Part shown: positions 19,881-29,781 of the stretch, piece by piece
Numbering within the stretch: the stretch's first letter is position 1
Layout: each line of letters opens with the position of its first letter
Origin: Desulfarculia bacterium
GTDB taxonomy: Bacteria; Desulfobacterota; Desulfarculia; G963662305
Direction of reading: 5' to 3'
Assembly (NCBI GenBank): GCA_963662305.1
Contig: OY759352.1
Location: 818,746-882,745, forward strand
Length of the DNA stretch: 64,000 nt
Position numbers and translations under genes: made by a program
The notes under the pieces: generated by a model
Told to the model about the DNA's origin: nothing
Database searches by the model: none
Seen by the model: the letters and a program-made list of their open reading frames with translations, nothing else

Positions 19881-20797
19881 TAACGATTATAAGGAATAAT
19901 CATCTTTTGGGATCATATTTTACAAAAAAATTCGAGGGTTCCGTTTCCCTGCTCTCCTGGGCGTACAACGAAGAGGTATTGATCGCCTCTTTTTTAGAGC
20001 GGGCCGTGTCCTTGATGGAAGCTAACATAAGGGATTGGGAGATTGTTATAGTTAACGATGGGAGCACCGACCGTACGCCTGAAATCATAGCCCGGTATGC
20101 GGACCGCGAGCCCAGAATAAGGCTAATCAACCACGACAAAAACCTTAATGTGGGTTGGGCCTGCCGGACTGCGGTAGCCAATGCCGAAAAGAAATACTTG
20201 TTTTGGGAGACTGTCGATTGGTCTTATGATCTTAAGAATATCCGGATTTTTTTGGAGCTGTTGAAGCATTTTAACGTGGTCCAGGGGATTAGGCCGACGC
20301 CCATAAGGCTCTTAAGCTACATTCCGGTCATCCGTTCCATTTACCGGGTCAAGACCAGATCGGATAATGTGAAAAGCGCCCTGGTGAGCCTGACGAATTA
20401 CTACCATCTCAGGCTGCTTTACGGGGTGCCTTTCCATGATTTTCAGAATGTCACCTTCTATCCTACTAAATTGGCCCAATCAATAGACTTGACCGCAACC
20501 AGTGCCTTTGTTAACCCGGAACTTCTAATTAAATCATTCCACAAAGGAGCGACTTTCATTGAGGTTCCCATCCGCTTCATAAAACGAAGCGCCGGCCAAG
20601 CCAAGGGGATCAAACCCAGGGCTCTCTGGAATGCGTTTAAGGATGTTTGGCTCAACTGGTTCCGGTGGGGACTGGCTCTGAGGATAAAGAAAATCGACCA
20701 GGGGAATAGCCAAATAGCCAGGGTTTACCGCCAGTCTGGTTTCGGCGGAGAGATCGCTCAATTGATCGAACCCCTGTTAGCGGAATTCAACCGGTGA
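19877..20797 (+). CDS. GT2-family glycosyltransferase (polyprenol-phosphate GT-like)
   Basis: WAYNEE, EIVIVNDGSTDRT, HDKN, IEVPIRFIKRSAGQAK; canonical DxD region altered (WETVDWSY). Confidence 0.8.
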   Translation: MITIIRNNHLLGSYFTKKFEGSVSLLSWAYNEEVLIASFLERAVSLMEANIRDWEIVIVNDGSTDRTPEIIARYADREPRIRLINHDKNLNVGWACRTAVANAEKKYLFWETVDWSYDLKNIRIFLELLKHFNVVQGIRPTPIRLLSYIPVIRSIYRVKTRSDNVKSALVSLTNYYHLRLLYGVPFHDFQNVTFYPTKLAQSIDLTATSAFVNPELLIKSFHKGATFIEVPIRFIKRSAGQAKGIKPRALWNAFKDVWLNWFRWGLALRIKKIDQGNSQIARVYRQSGFGGEIAQLIEPLLAEFNR

Positions 20798-20956
20798 CTG
20801 GCGGTGAGGAGGCTTTTAAAAACAGTCTATCATCCCATTTAAGTGGAATTAGATTGAAAGAATGCAGCATCAAGAATAGATGCGGGAAATCATAAACTTT
20901 ATTAAGATAAAGAAACGGTGCTACCCAAAAGCCCCTGAAAAGGTGGATGAGTTGTT

Positions 20957-21970
20957 TTGAACATAAATGCAAATAAAGATTTATCATCCCCCGGCTCATC
21001 ACCGCAACGGTCTGGACGTCGACTTTACGGCCTGATCAGGGGAGTAATCGCCGCCGTTTTTTTGGGCGGATTGATTTTTTCCGGCAAATTAGATTTTCAC
21101 CTTTTCCCGGGCATTGTCTCTTCCGGGCGTCTGCCTTGGTTCGGCCTGGGAGTTTTCGTTTTCGTCCTTTCCCAGCTCGCGGCCGGTTACAGGATCTATC
21201 TGCTTTTGGCTTCCCAAGGATTGAAATATCCTTTTGCGGTCTGTCTAAGAGCTATTTGGGTGGGCTTGGTTTTTAATCATTTTCTGCCCGCCTCCATCGG
21301 CGGCGATGCGGCCAAGGTTTATTCGTTCTATGGTTCCAAGAAGGAGAGTCTCGCCTCGATAACGGCCGCGGTCGTTTTTGACCGGGCCATGGGCCTGCTG
21401 GGACTGTGCTTTTTAGCTCTCGGCGGGACGGTGATCTCCTACCTTTTTGTTCCCGGTGTGTCCCAGGGAAGTGAGAGGGGATGGCTTTATCAAAGTTTGG
21501 CCGCTCTAGTCGTGGTCGCCATGTTGGCCGCTATCTCCCTGATTGGGTTGTCCAGATTGAAGTTCATCACCAAAATTCCCGAATCAAGACGGTTTTTCCG
21601 AGTTATCAAGACGATTTTTCTGGACCTCGCTGTCTTTAGCCATCGCCTGTGGCTGTCCGGATACTGCTGTTTGATCTCGGTTTGCATTCATCTGTTGAGC
21701 GCCTTTGGGATATACAGCCTCACCAAGGCCCTTGCCGGCCAGGCGGACCTTGGAAAGACACTGATTTTGGGCCCGATTGTTTTTTTAGCCAATGTGGTTC
21801 CCGTAAGCATAGGAAACATCGGTTGGTCCGAATACGTCGGTTACTTGGTTTGGAGCGATCATGGGTTGGTATACGGCGGCCAAATTTGGTTGGCCCAGAG
21901 ATTGGTAGCCATCCTGGTCAGCCTTCCGGGCCTATTGTTTTTCCTGCAACACAAAAGACATGAAGGATAG
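20957..21970 (+). CDS. Lysylphosphatidylglycerol-synthase-TM (UPF0104) flippase-like membrane protein
   Basis: FNHFLPASIGGDAAK, VVFDRAMGL, VPVSIGNIGWSE; ~8 TM segments. Confidence 0.8.
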   Translation: MNINANKDLSSPGSSPQRSGRRLYGLIRGVIAAVFLGGLIFSGKLDFHLFPGIVSSGRLPWFGLGVFVFVLSQLAAGYRIYLLLASQGLKYPFAVCLRAIWVGLVFNHFLPASIGGDAAKVYSFYGSKKESLASITAAVVFDRAMGLLGLCFLALGGTVISYLFVPGVSQGSERGWLYQSLAALVVVAMLAAISLIGLSRLKFITKIPESRRFFRVIKTIFLDLAVFSHRLWLSGYCCLISVCIHLLSAFGIYSLTKALAGQADLGKTLILGPIVFLANVVPVSIGNIGWSEYVGYLVWSDHGLVYGGQIWLAQRLVAILVSLPGLLFFLQHKRHEG

Positions 21971-21972
21971 AG

Positions 21973-23109
21973 TTGATGAAGGTCGAGTTCTTTCGTCACG
22001 GCTTAAGCCAAAAAAACATCGGACAGATCAGCCGAGTAATAGAGACGCCGTTCCTCACCACGGGTGCCACCACTGCCGAATTCGAAAAACGGCTGGCCGG
22101 TTATTTGGGGCAGGCGGGTTGCGTCGGTCTGACCAGCGCCACCGCAGCCCTGCACCTCTCCCTTTTGGTTTTGGACGTGGGCCCGGGAGACGAGGTGATA
22201 ACAACGCCTCTGACCTTTGTCGCCACGGCCCTGGCGGTCATGCACGCCGGAGCCAAACCGGTCTTTGTAGACGTGGAGGAGGATACCGGGAATATCAACG
22301 CGGACCTGATCCCCGAGGCCATTACCGGGAACACAAAGGCCGTTATTCCGGTTCATCTCTATGGCCAAATGGTTGACATGGAGGCCTTAGCCTCCCTATC
22401 CAAAAAGTATGACCTGAAACTTATCGAAGATGCGGCTCATTGCCTGGAAGGCCAAAGAGACGGCCATCAGCCAGGGGATCTGGCCGATACGGCATGCTTC
22501 AGTTTTTACGCGACCAAGTCCATTACCTCCGGAGAGGGCGGCGCGGCGGCAACGAACAATTCCCGGTTGGAAAAAAGGCTGCGAACGCTGAGCATTCACG
22601 GTATGACAACGGACGCCGTCGCGCGGTATGATAAACTATACCGACATTATGACGTGGTCGAGCACGGCTGGAAATATAACATGAGCAACATCCAGGCGGC
22701 CTTACTGCTTGACCAGCTTGATGACGTGGAGGCCAAACGGCTTGAACGGGAACGGATCGCCTTGACATATCGGGAAGCCCTTTCCGGGCAACCAGGGATA
22801 GAGATGCCTTCCTTGAAACATGGCGTTAAGCAGGCGCATCATCTGTTCACCATATGGGTTGACCCCCACAAGAGAGACTCGATTTTGCACCAACTCCAGG
22901 AGGAGGGGGTGGGCGTTGCCGTGAACTACCGGGCCTGCCATCTTTACACTTTATTCAGGGAAAAGTTCGGTTGCAACGAGGGCCAGTTTCCCGTGGCCGA
23001 GGAGATCGGGGCCCGAACGATCAGCCTGCCCCTCTATCCAAGCTTGACCGATAAGGAACAGGATTACGTGATTTCCCGAGTGAAATGTATCGTATCAGCG
23101 AGGGGCTAG
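21973..23109 (+). CDS. DegT/DnrJ/EryC1/StrS-family PLP sugar aminotransferase (ArnB-like)
   Basis: SATAALHL, GDEVITTPLTFVAT, PVHLYG, IEDAAH, FSFYATKSITSGEGG, RTISLPLYP. Confidence 0.92.
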   Translation: MMKVEFFRHGLSQKNIGQISRVIETPFLTTGATTAEFEKRLAGYLGQAGCVGLTSATAALHLSLLVLDVGPGDEVITTPLTFVATALAVMHAGAKPVFVDVEEDTGNINADLIPEAITGNTKAVIPVHLYGQMVDMEALASLSKKYDLKLIEDAAHCLEGQRDGHQPGDLADTACFSFYATKSITSGEGGAAATNNSRLEKRLRTLSIHGMTTDAVARYDKLYRHYDVVEHGWKYNMSNIQAALLLDQLDDVEAKRLERERIALTYREALSGQPGIEMPSLKHGVKQAHHLFTIWVDPHKRDSILHQLQEEGVGVAVNYRACHLYTLFREKFGCNEGQFPVAEEIGARTISLPLYPSLTDKEQDYVISRVKCIVSARG

Positions 23110-23111
23110 CC

Positions 23112-24650
23112 GTGATAGAAGCCGACCGCCTGGGTATTGTTTTCGTAACCTGGGAACTTTCCCCCTACAGAAAAAACACCGGTGTGGCCGATCTTTTGAA
23201 AACAGTGATCTCTGATCTCAGAAAACGCGGGATTCCGGTTGGAATCATCGCCCCCGATTTCAATATTCCCCAGAATAGAATTGCCCAAGAGCAACCGATC
23301 TCCTTGATAAGCACTCTATCCGGCAGCGGATCAGAATCAATCCTAATCCATCACGGCATTGATGAGGAGGGGGTTCACCTTTTCATCGTAAATGGTCCGG
23401 AATACCGGAAATATTTCTCGGAAGAATCTTCTTCGCTAACTGAGGATCAGACGGGCCGAATGTGCCTTAAGTTTTGTTATTCGGCCTATCTATTGATCGA
23501 CCTTTTGGCCTCCCACAGGGGACCGCTAAACACGGACAAGATAGTGGTCCATGCCTTCCATTGGCAATCCGGGCCGCTCATGGAACTACTCAGGCGCAAA
23601 GAGTTCCCCATTCCGGTCAAAACGGTTATGACCGCCGACATCCTAGACCGACAGGGCCTGTTCGATTCCAGCATATTGGAGGCGCACGAAATTTTCCGCC
23701 ATCTCCAAAACCAATCAAGTGAAATCAATTTTTTAAAGCTAGGCCTCGAATCCAGCGATATTTTGCACACGGTCAGCCCTAATTTCGCCCGGGAGATACA
23801 GACGCCGCCCCACGGCAGAGGACTGGAAAAATTGTTTAACCAACGCTTTGAGGCTGGCCGTTTGATCGGTATCCTCAACGGGTTGAGTCATGAGGGCACC
23901 AGTTGGGACACAATAACTGAAGCCATCGGCGGTCAAGAGGCCACTGAGCCCAACGGGGCTGATCTGGATCTGATTATGAGATGGAAAAGCAACGCCAAGC
24001 TGTTTTTTCAAAAACAAGCATGCCTTTCCCCAAATCCGGATAGCTTCCTCATTAGTATGGGCCATAGGTTTGTTAAACAGAAAAATTTCGAGGTCGTGGG
24101 TGAGGCCTTGCCCAAACTAATGGAACTCGATCCCCGACCGCAAATATATCTCAGGACCTGGCCGGAACCTGAGCCCGGTGACAATAATTGGGATTTGTGG
24201 CTGAAGATAGTTAGGTTGGCCAAAAGGTACAGATTCAACGTGGCTTTTTTGTCGCCTTTTGACCGGGCGGAAGAGCTTATGGGAGAGGGGATATTTATTG
24301 ATCGCAATATTTATTACGCCGCTTCTGACCTTTTCCTTATGCCCTCCATATGGGAGCCTTGCGGATTATGCCAGCTGGAGGCAATGCGCTTCGGAGCGAT
24401 CCCCGTGGTAAACCCGGTCGGCGGGCTGGCCGACACGGTCAAATCCGTTGATGACGGTCCAGACGGTTGGGGCTTCTGGCTAAAGGAATCTTCTTCTCCC
24501 CAACAATTGGTGGAAGTGGTTGCCGAGGCCATGGATATTTGGAAGAGTGAACCCGAGAAATGGCGGGGCATGGTTAAGCGAGCCCTTAACTATGATTCCA
24601 AGATAAGCGTCACCGTTGATAGGTACCTGGAGTTCTTATACGGAACATGA
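23112..24650 (+). CDS. Divergent GT5 (glycogen/starch synthase-like) glycosyltransferase
   Basis: TVSPNFAREIQT..G.GL, LIGILNG, SDLFLMPSIWEPCGLCQLEAMRFGAIPVV..VGGLADTV; KTGG motif replaced by KNTG; GTG start at 23112 assumed. Confidence 0.8.
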   Translation: MIEADRLGIVFVTWELSPYRKNTGVADLLKTVISDLRKRGIPVGIIAPDFNIPQNRIAQEQPISLISTLSGSGSESILIHHGIDEEGVHLFIVNGPEYRKYFSEESSSLTEDQTGRMCLKFCYSAYLLIDLLASHRGPLNTDKIVVHAFHWQSGPLMELLRRKEFPIPVKTVMTADILDRQGLFDSSILEAHEIFRHLQNQSSEINFLKLGLESSDILHTVSPNFAREIQTPPHGRGLEKLFNQRFEAGRLIGILNGLSHEGTSWDTITEAIGGQEATEPNGADLDLIMRWKSNAKLFFQKQACLSPNPDSFLISMGHRFVKQKNFEVVGEALPKLMELDPRPQIYLRTWPEPEPGDNNWDLWLKIVRLAKRYRFNVAFLSPFDRAEELMGEGIFIDRNIYYAASDLFLMPSIWEPCGLCQLEAMRFGAIPVVNPVGGLADTVKSVDDGPDGWGFWLKESSSPQQLVEVVAEAMDIWKSEPEKWRGMVKRALNYDSKISVTVDRYLEFLYGT

Positions 24651-24819
24651 TTTTTAGGCCTTTGCTCTATGGATTGCCAAACCATTATATCCACAGATCG
24701 AATACCATCATGAAATTGCAAAATCAACATCCAGCGATTTTCTTGTGAACTTAATGGGTTTGATATCATTTCTGGTCAATCAAAACAGGCCGCTTAGTAG
24801 CGTTGAGGGATTTTGGTAA

Positions 24820-25440
24820 ATGATACGTGCTTTACTGAACGATGTCTGCCAAAGGGTAATTACATTCGATAAGCTGGATCAGCGGCGCTATCTGAGGAGA
24901 CGCCTAATTGAAATGGGGCTGGGCAAAAGCCACCAAGCTCTTGATTTCGGATGCGGAACGGCGTTGTTCGCGAGGGAATTCAAAAAATTAGGCATAAATT
25001 ACGTGGGCTATGATATCGATGCTGGCCTCCTTGCCTTCAACCGGATGAAACATCCCTGGGCCCGGTTTACGTCGTCCTTATCTTCCCTGGATCAAGGGGA
25101 AGCTTTTGATTTAATACTCAGCAACTGTTGTTTTCATCATGTAACCGATAAGGACCTCGACGAAATTTTAGGGTGGATGGCCTCCAGATTGACGGGTGAA
25201 GGTCGGTTGCTGATAATAGACGTATTCGAGGAGGGACCGGGAAAGAGCGCCCTCCGGCATTTGCTTTTAAAATTGGAGAGGGGGGCCTACTTCCGTCGTC
25301 TTGACAGCTATGCCGATTCGGTGAGGAAATTTTTCGACATTATCGACTTGCAGATATGCAAATGCAACTTGTTTCCCGGGCAGCGGGGGCCGACAGCGAG
25401 CAGTTTGGTGGTCTATAAATGCAAGGCGAGGAATAACTGA
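24820..25440 (+). CDS. Class I SAM-dependent methyltransferase
   Basis: ALDFGCGT, YVGYDID, FDLILSNCCFHHV, L..EGRLLI. Confidence 0.85.
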   Translation: MIRALLNDVCQRVITFDKLDQRRYLRRRLIEMGLGKSHQALDFGCGTALFAREFKKLGINYVGYDIDAGLLAFNRMKHPWARFTSSLSSLDQGEAFDLILSNCCFHHVTDKDLDEILGWMASRLTGEGRLLIIDVFEEGPGKSALRHLLLKLERGAYFRRLDSYADSVRKFFDIIDLQICKCNLFPGQRGPTASSLVVYKCKARNN

Positions 25441-25534
25441 CACCCTCGAGCAGGATCAGGCTTAGCCGACTCTTTCTTTTTTGCACCATTCTATCCCAAC
25501 CCAAGCCCATCGCTCGGATAGGACAGCCCCTCGT

Positions 25535-26224
25535 TTAGTTTTCGTCAAAAAAGATCATCGGATAGGCCAGCTCCTCCGTGGCCGGGGCGGTGGTGATCCT
25601 CAGCCCGTCCACGATGCTCTTTTTTATCTTGGCCAGGTGGCCGGTCACGGCGGCGGTGAGGCCCTCGAGATCTCGTTTGGCCAACTGCCGGGCGATATCC
25701 TGATGCTCGTCGGACGAGGTTTCGAACATGCTGTGGGAGACCAGGTCCTTGTTGTATTTGAGCAGCAGCCTGTCGAACAGGTCCTTTAGCAGCTTGGGTT
25801 GAATCCTCCGTTTGGACAGGCCGGCCAGAGTCAGGTGAAATTTCATGTCCGTCAGCAGACGGCGATAGTGATCTCCGTTGGCCGAAGCTTGGCTGTGATC
25901 CTCCACAGCCTTGAAGATGCTCCGGAGGCCGTCCTGGTCCAGATTCTTGACCACAAAGGGCAGAAGGGCCACCTCGAGGATAAGCCGGGTGTCGTAAATC
26001 TCCTCCACCTCGTCCACGGAGATGCCCTTGATAAAATAACCCCGGTTAGGTTCGTGCTGGACAATATCTATGAATTCCAGCCATTTCAAAGCATGAATCA
26101 CCGGCGTGGTGCTGAGGCCCAGCTTCTTGGCCAGATCTCGGTAGGATGTTTTCTGCCCGGGCGAAATCTCGTTGTTGAACAGCATCTGACACAGTCCGGC
26201 AAAGGCTTTTCGGTCCTGATTCAC
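25535..26224 (-). CDS. GntR-family transcriptional regulator (FCD domain)
   Basis: wHTH LAKKLGLSTTPVIHALKWLE..PNRGY; FCD EIYDTRLILE, DMKFH, EHQDI, GHL; divergent from downstream operon. Confidence 0.85.
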   Translation of the reverse strand: MNQDRKAFAGLCQMLFNNEISPGQKTSYRDLAKKLGLSTTPVIHALKWLEFIDIVQHEPNRGYFIKGISVDEVEEIYDTRLILEVALLPFVVKNLDQDGLRSIFKAVEDHSQASANGDHYRRLLTDMKFHLTLAGLSKRRIQPKLLKDLFDRLLLKYNKDLVSHSMFETSSDEHQDIARQLAKRDLEGLTAAVTGHLAKIKKSIVDGLRITTAPATEELAYPMIFFDEN

Positions 26225-26509
26225 CTTCCCTCGCTTTTTCCTGTAGGGTTTCCTGGGTTGATCAAACCGGTTTTAAACTGGCTTTTTTCCCGCAACCTTA
26301 TCACATTCTGACGAAAAATTTTGATTAAATAATTTATCACCGATTCAAGGCCTCTTTGGCGGAGTAGGAGCCAACCCCCGGCCACCGGTCGCCGCTGCCA
26401 AATCATTTTACCCCAACCGATGCACTAGTCCATCAATTGCTCATGTTTCAGGTCTGGGATCAGTTCCTCCTTTCCGTTCCGGTAAATAAAGCCCGGGCCA
26501 GAAAGGGTC

Positions 26510-26539
26510 TTGACAAGAGAGATCTCATATAAATAAAAT
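26510..26539 (+). promoter_or_regulatory. Putative sigma70 promoter of the catabolic operon
   Basis: TTGACA (26510-26515), 18-bp spacer, TAAAAT (26534-26539) in AT-rich intergenic region. Confidence 0.55.
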
Positions 26540-26592
26540 GACAAATGTTATAAGAAAAGAAACCAGGTTTTAAATATTCTTAGGTTTTAAAA

Positions 26593-28305
26593 ATGACTGG
26601 AGCCCGAGCTACCGTCGAAATGCTGAGGGGTTACGGGGTCGAAGCCATCTTCGGCGTTCCCGGGGACACCAGCCTTCCCCTTTACCAAGCTCTTTACCAG
26701 GCAGACGGCTCGCCGCGGCACATTATGGCCCGGGACGAGAGGTCGGCCTCTTTCATGGCCGACGCCTATGCCCGCCTGTCCCATAAGCCGGGCCTGTGTG
26801 AGTGTCCCAGCGGAGCCGGTCCCCTCTACGCCCTGCCCGGAGTGGCCGAGGCCAACGCCTCCTCCATTCCGGTCATCCTTCTCACCTCGGATATTCCCCT
26901 GGCCGGTCACGGCAAGCAGACCATCACCGAGCTGGAAACGGAGAGCCTTTTCCGGACGGTGACCAAGTGGTCCTGCCTGGTCACCGGCCCGGATAAGGTC
27001 CCGGAATCCCTGCGGCGGGCCTTCCGGATTGCGGTCAGCGGTCGACCGGGGGCGGTCCACCTGGCCCTGCCCAAGGAGGCCATGACCGGCCCGGTGCGCC
27101 CCGACGATTGTTATGCCGAGTCGGACTGCCGGTCCTATCCGGCCTTCCGCACCCGGGGGGCGCGGGAGATGCTGGAGAGGCTGGCCCGACTGCTGGTGGA
27201 GGCCGTTCGGCCGGTGGCGGTGGCCGGGGGCGGGGCCAACCACTCCCAGGCCGGCCAGGCGCTGACCGCCCTGGCCGAACACCTGGCCATGCCGGTGGTG
27301 ACCACCATCTCCGGCCAGGGGATCATGGCCGACACCCACCCCCTGGCCCTGGGGGTCATCGGCGACAACGGCTACCACCCCCACGCCCATCGGGCCATGG
27401 AGGAGAGCGACCTGCTGTTCTTCGTGGGCTGCAAGAGGGGTTCGGTGTCCACGGTCAACTGGACCATGCCTCGCCCCGACCCAAACCGCAAAATCGCCCA
27501 ACTGGACATCAATCCGAGCCTGCTGGGCAACAACGAACCCAACGACCTGAGCGTCTGCGGCGACGCCCGGCTGGTCCTTGAAGACCTGCTCATCCTGGTC
27601 CGGAAGGCGGCCGAGGCCGGGAAAACCTCGCCTTGGGTGGAGGGGCTGAACAGGGAGCGGGCCGCTTTCTGGGATCAGGCCGCCTCGTTCGCCTCGCCCG
27701 CCGGCCGACCCTTGGACCCCCGAACCGTCATCGCCGCCTTGAACCGCCATCTCGCCGGGCCCAGCGTGGTCATCGCCGACGCGGGAACCCCCACCCCCTA
27801 CACGGCCCGTTTTCTTAAACTGGAGGCTCCGGGCTCCCGGTTCCTGATTCCCCGGGCTTACGGCGGCCTGGGGTATGCCATTCCGGCCCTGGTGGGGGCC
27901 CATCTGGCCCGGCCCGGGGCCCGGCTGGCGGCCCTTTTCGGCGACGGCAGCCTGGGCATGTCGGCCGGCGAGTTGGAAACCCTGGCCCGGTTGGGCGTCC
28001 CTGCCGTCCTGATCCATTTCAACAACGGCTCCTTCGGCTGGATCAAGGCCCTTCAGAATCTGCACAGCCGGGGCCGGTACTTTTCGGTGGATTTTACCCC
28101 CGGCGATCCTGTTCTGGTGGCCCGGGGCTTCGGCCTGGAGGCCCGCCGGATTTCGGGCCCGGAGGAACTGGACCAGGGTCTGGCCTGGGCTTTCGCCTCG
28201 GCCGGTCCGGTCTTTTTGGACGTCCCATCCCTGCCCGAGACGGAGCAGCTCCCGCCGGTCAAGACCTGGGAACTGGCCGCCGCCGGGGAAGGGGAAGGAG
28301 CTTAG
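26593..28305 (+). CDS. Thiamine-diphosphate-dependent enzyme (acetolactate synthase-like fold)
   Basis: IFGVPG, RDERSASFMADAYAR, SGRPGAVHL, GGLGYAIP, ThDP motif GDGS..NNG. Confidence 0.88.
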   Translation: MTGARATVEMLRGYGVEAIFGVPGDTSLPLYQALYQADGSPRHIMARDERSASFMADAYARLSHKPGLCECPSGAGPLYALPGVAEANASSIPVILLTSDIPLAGHGKQTITELETESLFRTVTKWSCLVTGPDKVPESLRRAFRIAVSGRPGAVHLALPKEAMTGPVRPDDCYAESDCRSYPAFRTRGAREMLERLARLLVEAVRPVAVAGGGANHSQAGQALTALAEHLAMPVVTTISGQGIMADTHPLALGVIGDNGYHPHAHRAMEESDLLFFVGCKRGSVSTVNWTMPRPDPNRKIAQLDINPSLLGNNEPNDLSVCGDARLVLEDLLILVRKAAEAGKTSPWVEGLNRERAAFWDQAASFASPAGRPLDPRTVIAALNRHLAGPSVVIADAGTPTPYTARFLKLEAPGSRFLIPRAYGGLGYAIPALVGAHLARPGARLAALFGDGSLGMSAGELETLARLGVPAVLIHFNNGSFGWIKALQNLHSRGRYFSVDFTPGDPVLVARGFGLEARRISGPEELDQGLAWAFASAGPVFLDVPSLPETEQLPPVKTWELAAAGEGEGA

Positions 28306-28412
28306 ATTTGGGGTGTTTAACGCCTTGCGGGTCGGCCCCCGGGGGGTGGGGCTGCAGGGCGGTTTTGGGAACAAGCTGGTTTTTAACTCAGGGATTGAGG
28401 AGAGGACGGAAC

Positions 28413-29522
28413 ATGAAAAAATCCATATCTTTTTTGGCGGTGGGTCTGGCGATAATCTTCTGCCTGGCCACCGGAGCTCTGGCCGCCGATATCACCATAG
28501 CCCTGGTGGGGCCCATGACCGGCGACTTGGCCGATTACGGGCAGAGCATGAAGGGCGGCACGGCCCTGGCAGTGGCTAAATTCGAGCAGGGCGGGGACAA
28601 AGTCAAACTGATCACCGAGGACGACCGGGGCAATCCCCAGGAATCGGCCAACGTGGCCCAGAAGATAGCCGGCCGGAAGGAGATCCTGGGTGTGGTGGGC
28701 CCCTGGGGCACCCCCACTTCCCTGGCCGCCGCGCCCATCTATGAGCGGGCCAAGGTCACCGCCATCGCCTCGGCCACATCGGCCGTTAAATACAACGAGG
28801 CCGGCCCCTATCATTTTCGGGTCAACGTCACCAGCGAGGTTCACGTGCTGGGCACGGCCAAATTCATCAAGGACCGGCTCAAGGCCAAGAAGGTGGCCAT
28901 CATCTATGAGAAGACCGACTGGGGCATCGGCTACCGCAACGCCCTGGTCGAGAGCTTCAAAAAGGCCGGCGGCCTGGAGGTGGTTTACGACGAAGGCTTT
29001 GTCCGGGGCCCGACCACCGACTTCATGGCCATCCTGACCAAAATAAAGGAGGCCGGCCCGGAGGTCCTCTGCCACGCCACCTTGTACACCGAATCGGCTC
29101 TCATCGCCAAGCAGTCCAAGAAGCTGGGGCTCAAGGTCGTCCATCTGGGCAACCCCGGAACCCACTCCGACAAGCTGATGAAGCTGGGCGGGAAGGCGGT
29201 CGAGGGGGTGATCTGTGTGGGCGAGTTCCACGCCGACATGAAACGGCCCGAGGCCCAGGAGTTCGTCAAGGCCTACAAGGCCAAGTACAACAAAGAACCC
29301 GACGAGTTCGCCGCTCTGAACTACGACGCGACCATGATTTTGCTGGAGGCCATTAAAAAGGCCGGCTCCACCGACCGGGACAAGATCCGCGAGGCCGTGG
29401 CCGCCATCAAGAACTTCAAGGGCGTCACCGGAGACCTGTCCTTTGATGAAAAGGGCGATATCCCCTTCAAGGAAGTTACCTTCATGGTGGTGAAAGACGG
29501 CCGCTGGGCCTTCTACGAGTAG
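28413..29522 (+). CDS. LIV-type ABC transporter substrate-binding protein
   Basis: Signal peptide MKKSISFLAVG..ALA; GPMTG..YG, EDDRGNP, YDATMIL..AI, FKGVTGDLSFDEKGD. Confidence 0.9.
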   Translation: MKKSISFLAVGLAIIFCLATGALAADITIALVGPMTGDLADYGQSMKGGTALAVAKFEQGGDKVKLITEDDRGNPQESANVAQKIAGRKEILGVVGPWGTPTSLAAAPIYERAKVTAIASATSAVKYNEAGPYHFRVNVTSEVHVLGTAKFIKDRLKAKKVAIIYEKTDWGIGYRNALVESFKKAGGLEVVYDEGFVRGPTTDFMAILTKIKEAGPEVLCHATLYTESALIAKQSKKLGLKVVHLGNPGTHSDKLMKLGGKAVEGVICVGEFHADMKRPEAQEFVKAYKAKYNKEPDEFAALNYDATMILLEAIKKAGSTDRDKIREAVAAIKNFKGVTGDLSFDEKGDIPFKEVTFMVVKDGRWAFYE

Positions 29523-29679
29523 AGCAGGGACCAAGGCGGGGTTATGAGCCTGGCGGGTTCGCAAACCTCGCGGCCCGCAGGCCCCGCCTTCCAGACCGGG
29601 AACCGCCTGATACGGTTGCCGGGCCCTTTCCGGGCCGAACAATCGCTCCAGGGCGGGAGTCCGGTTTCGGCAAGACCGA

Positions 29680-29713
29680 CCGAACGCCGGTTATACGGCT
29701 GACCGGCGTTCGG
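29680..29713. repeat. Intercistronic stem-loop between binding-protein and permease genes
   Basis: CCGAACGCCGGT-(10 nt)-ACCGGCGTTCGG perfect 12-bp inverted repeat; typical position for differential mRNA stabilisation. Confidence 0.55.
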
Positions 29714-29781
29714 GCGGGCCGCCCGCGGCCCGTGTTTGAGAGCGGCCTGCAGCCCTCTCGACCCATGGGGAGGACCAACCT

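Noticed and set aside
23112-24650. Housekeeping glgA
   Set aside because: KTGG and other N-terminal motifs altered; no glg genes nearby
26593-28305. Biosynthetic ilvB
   Set aside because: No ilvH/ilvC adjacent and lacks typical AHAS motifs (e.g. GQHQM); kept as generic ThDP enzyme
26587-28374. Long antisense ORFs (also 11007-12371, 28383-29642, 36577-38133, 54328-55797, 2312-3226)
   Set aside because: Shadow frames of well-supported genes in high-GC DNA; no recognisable motifs
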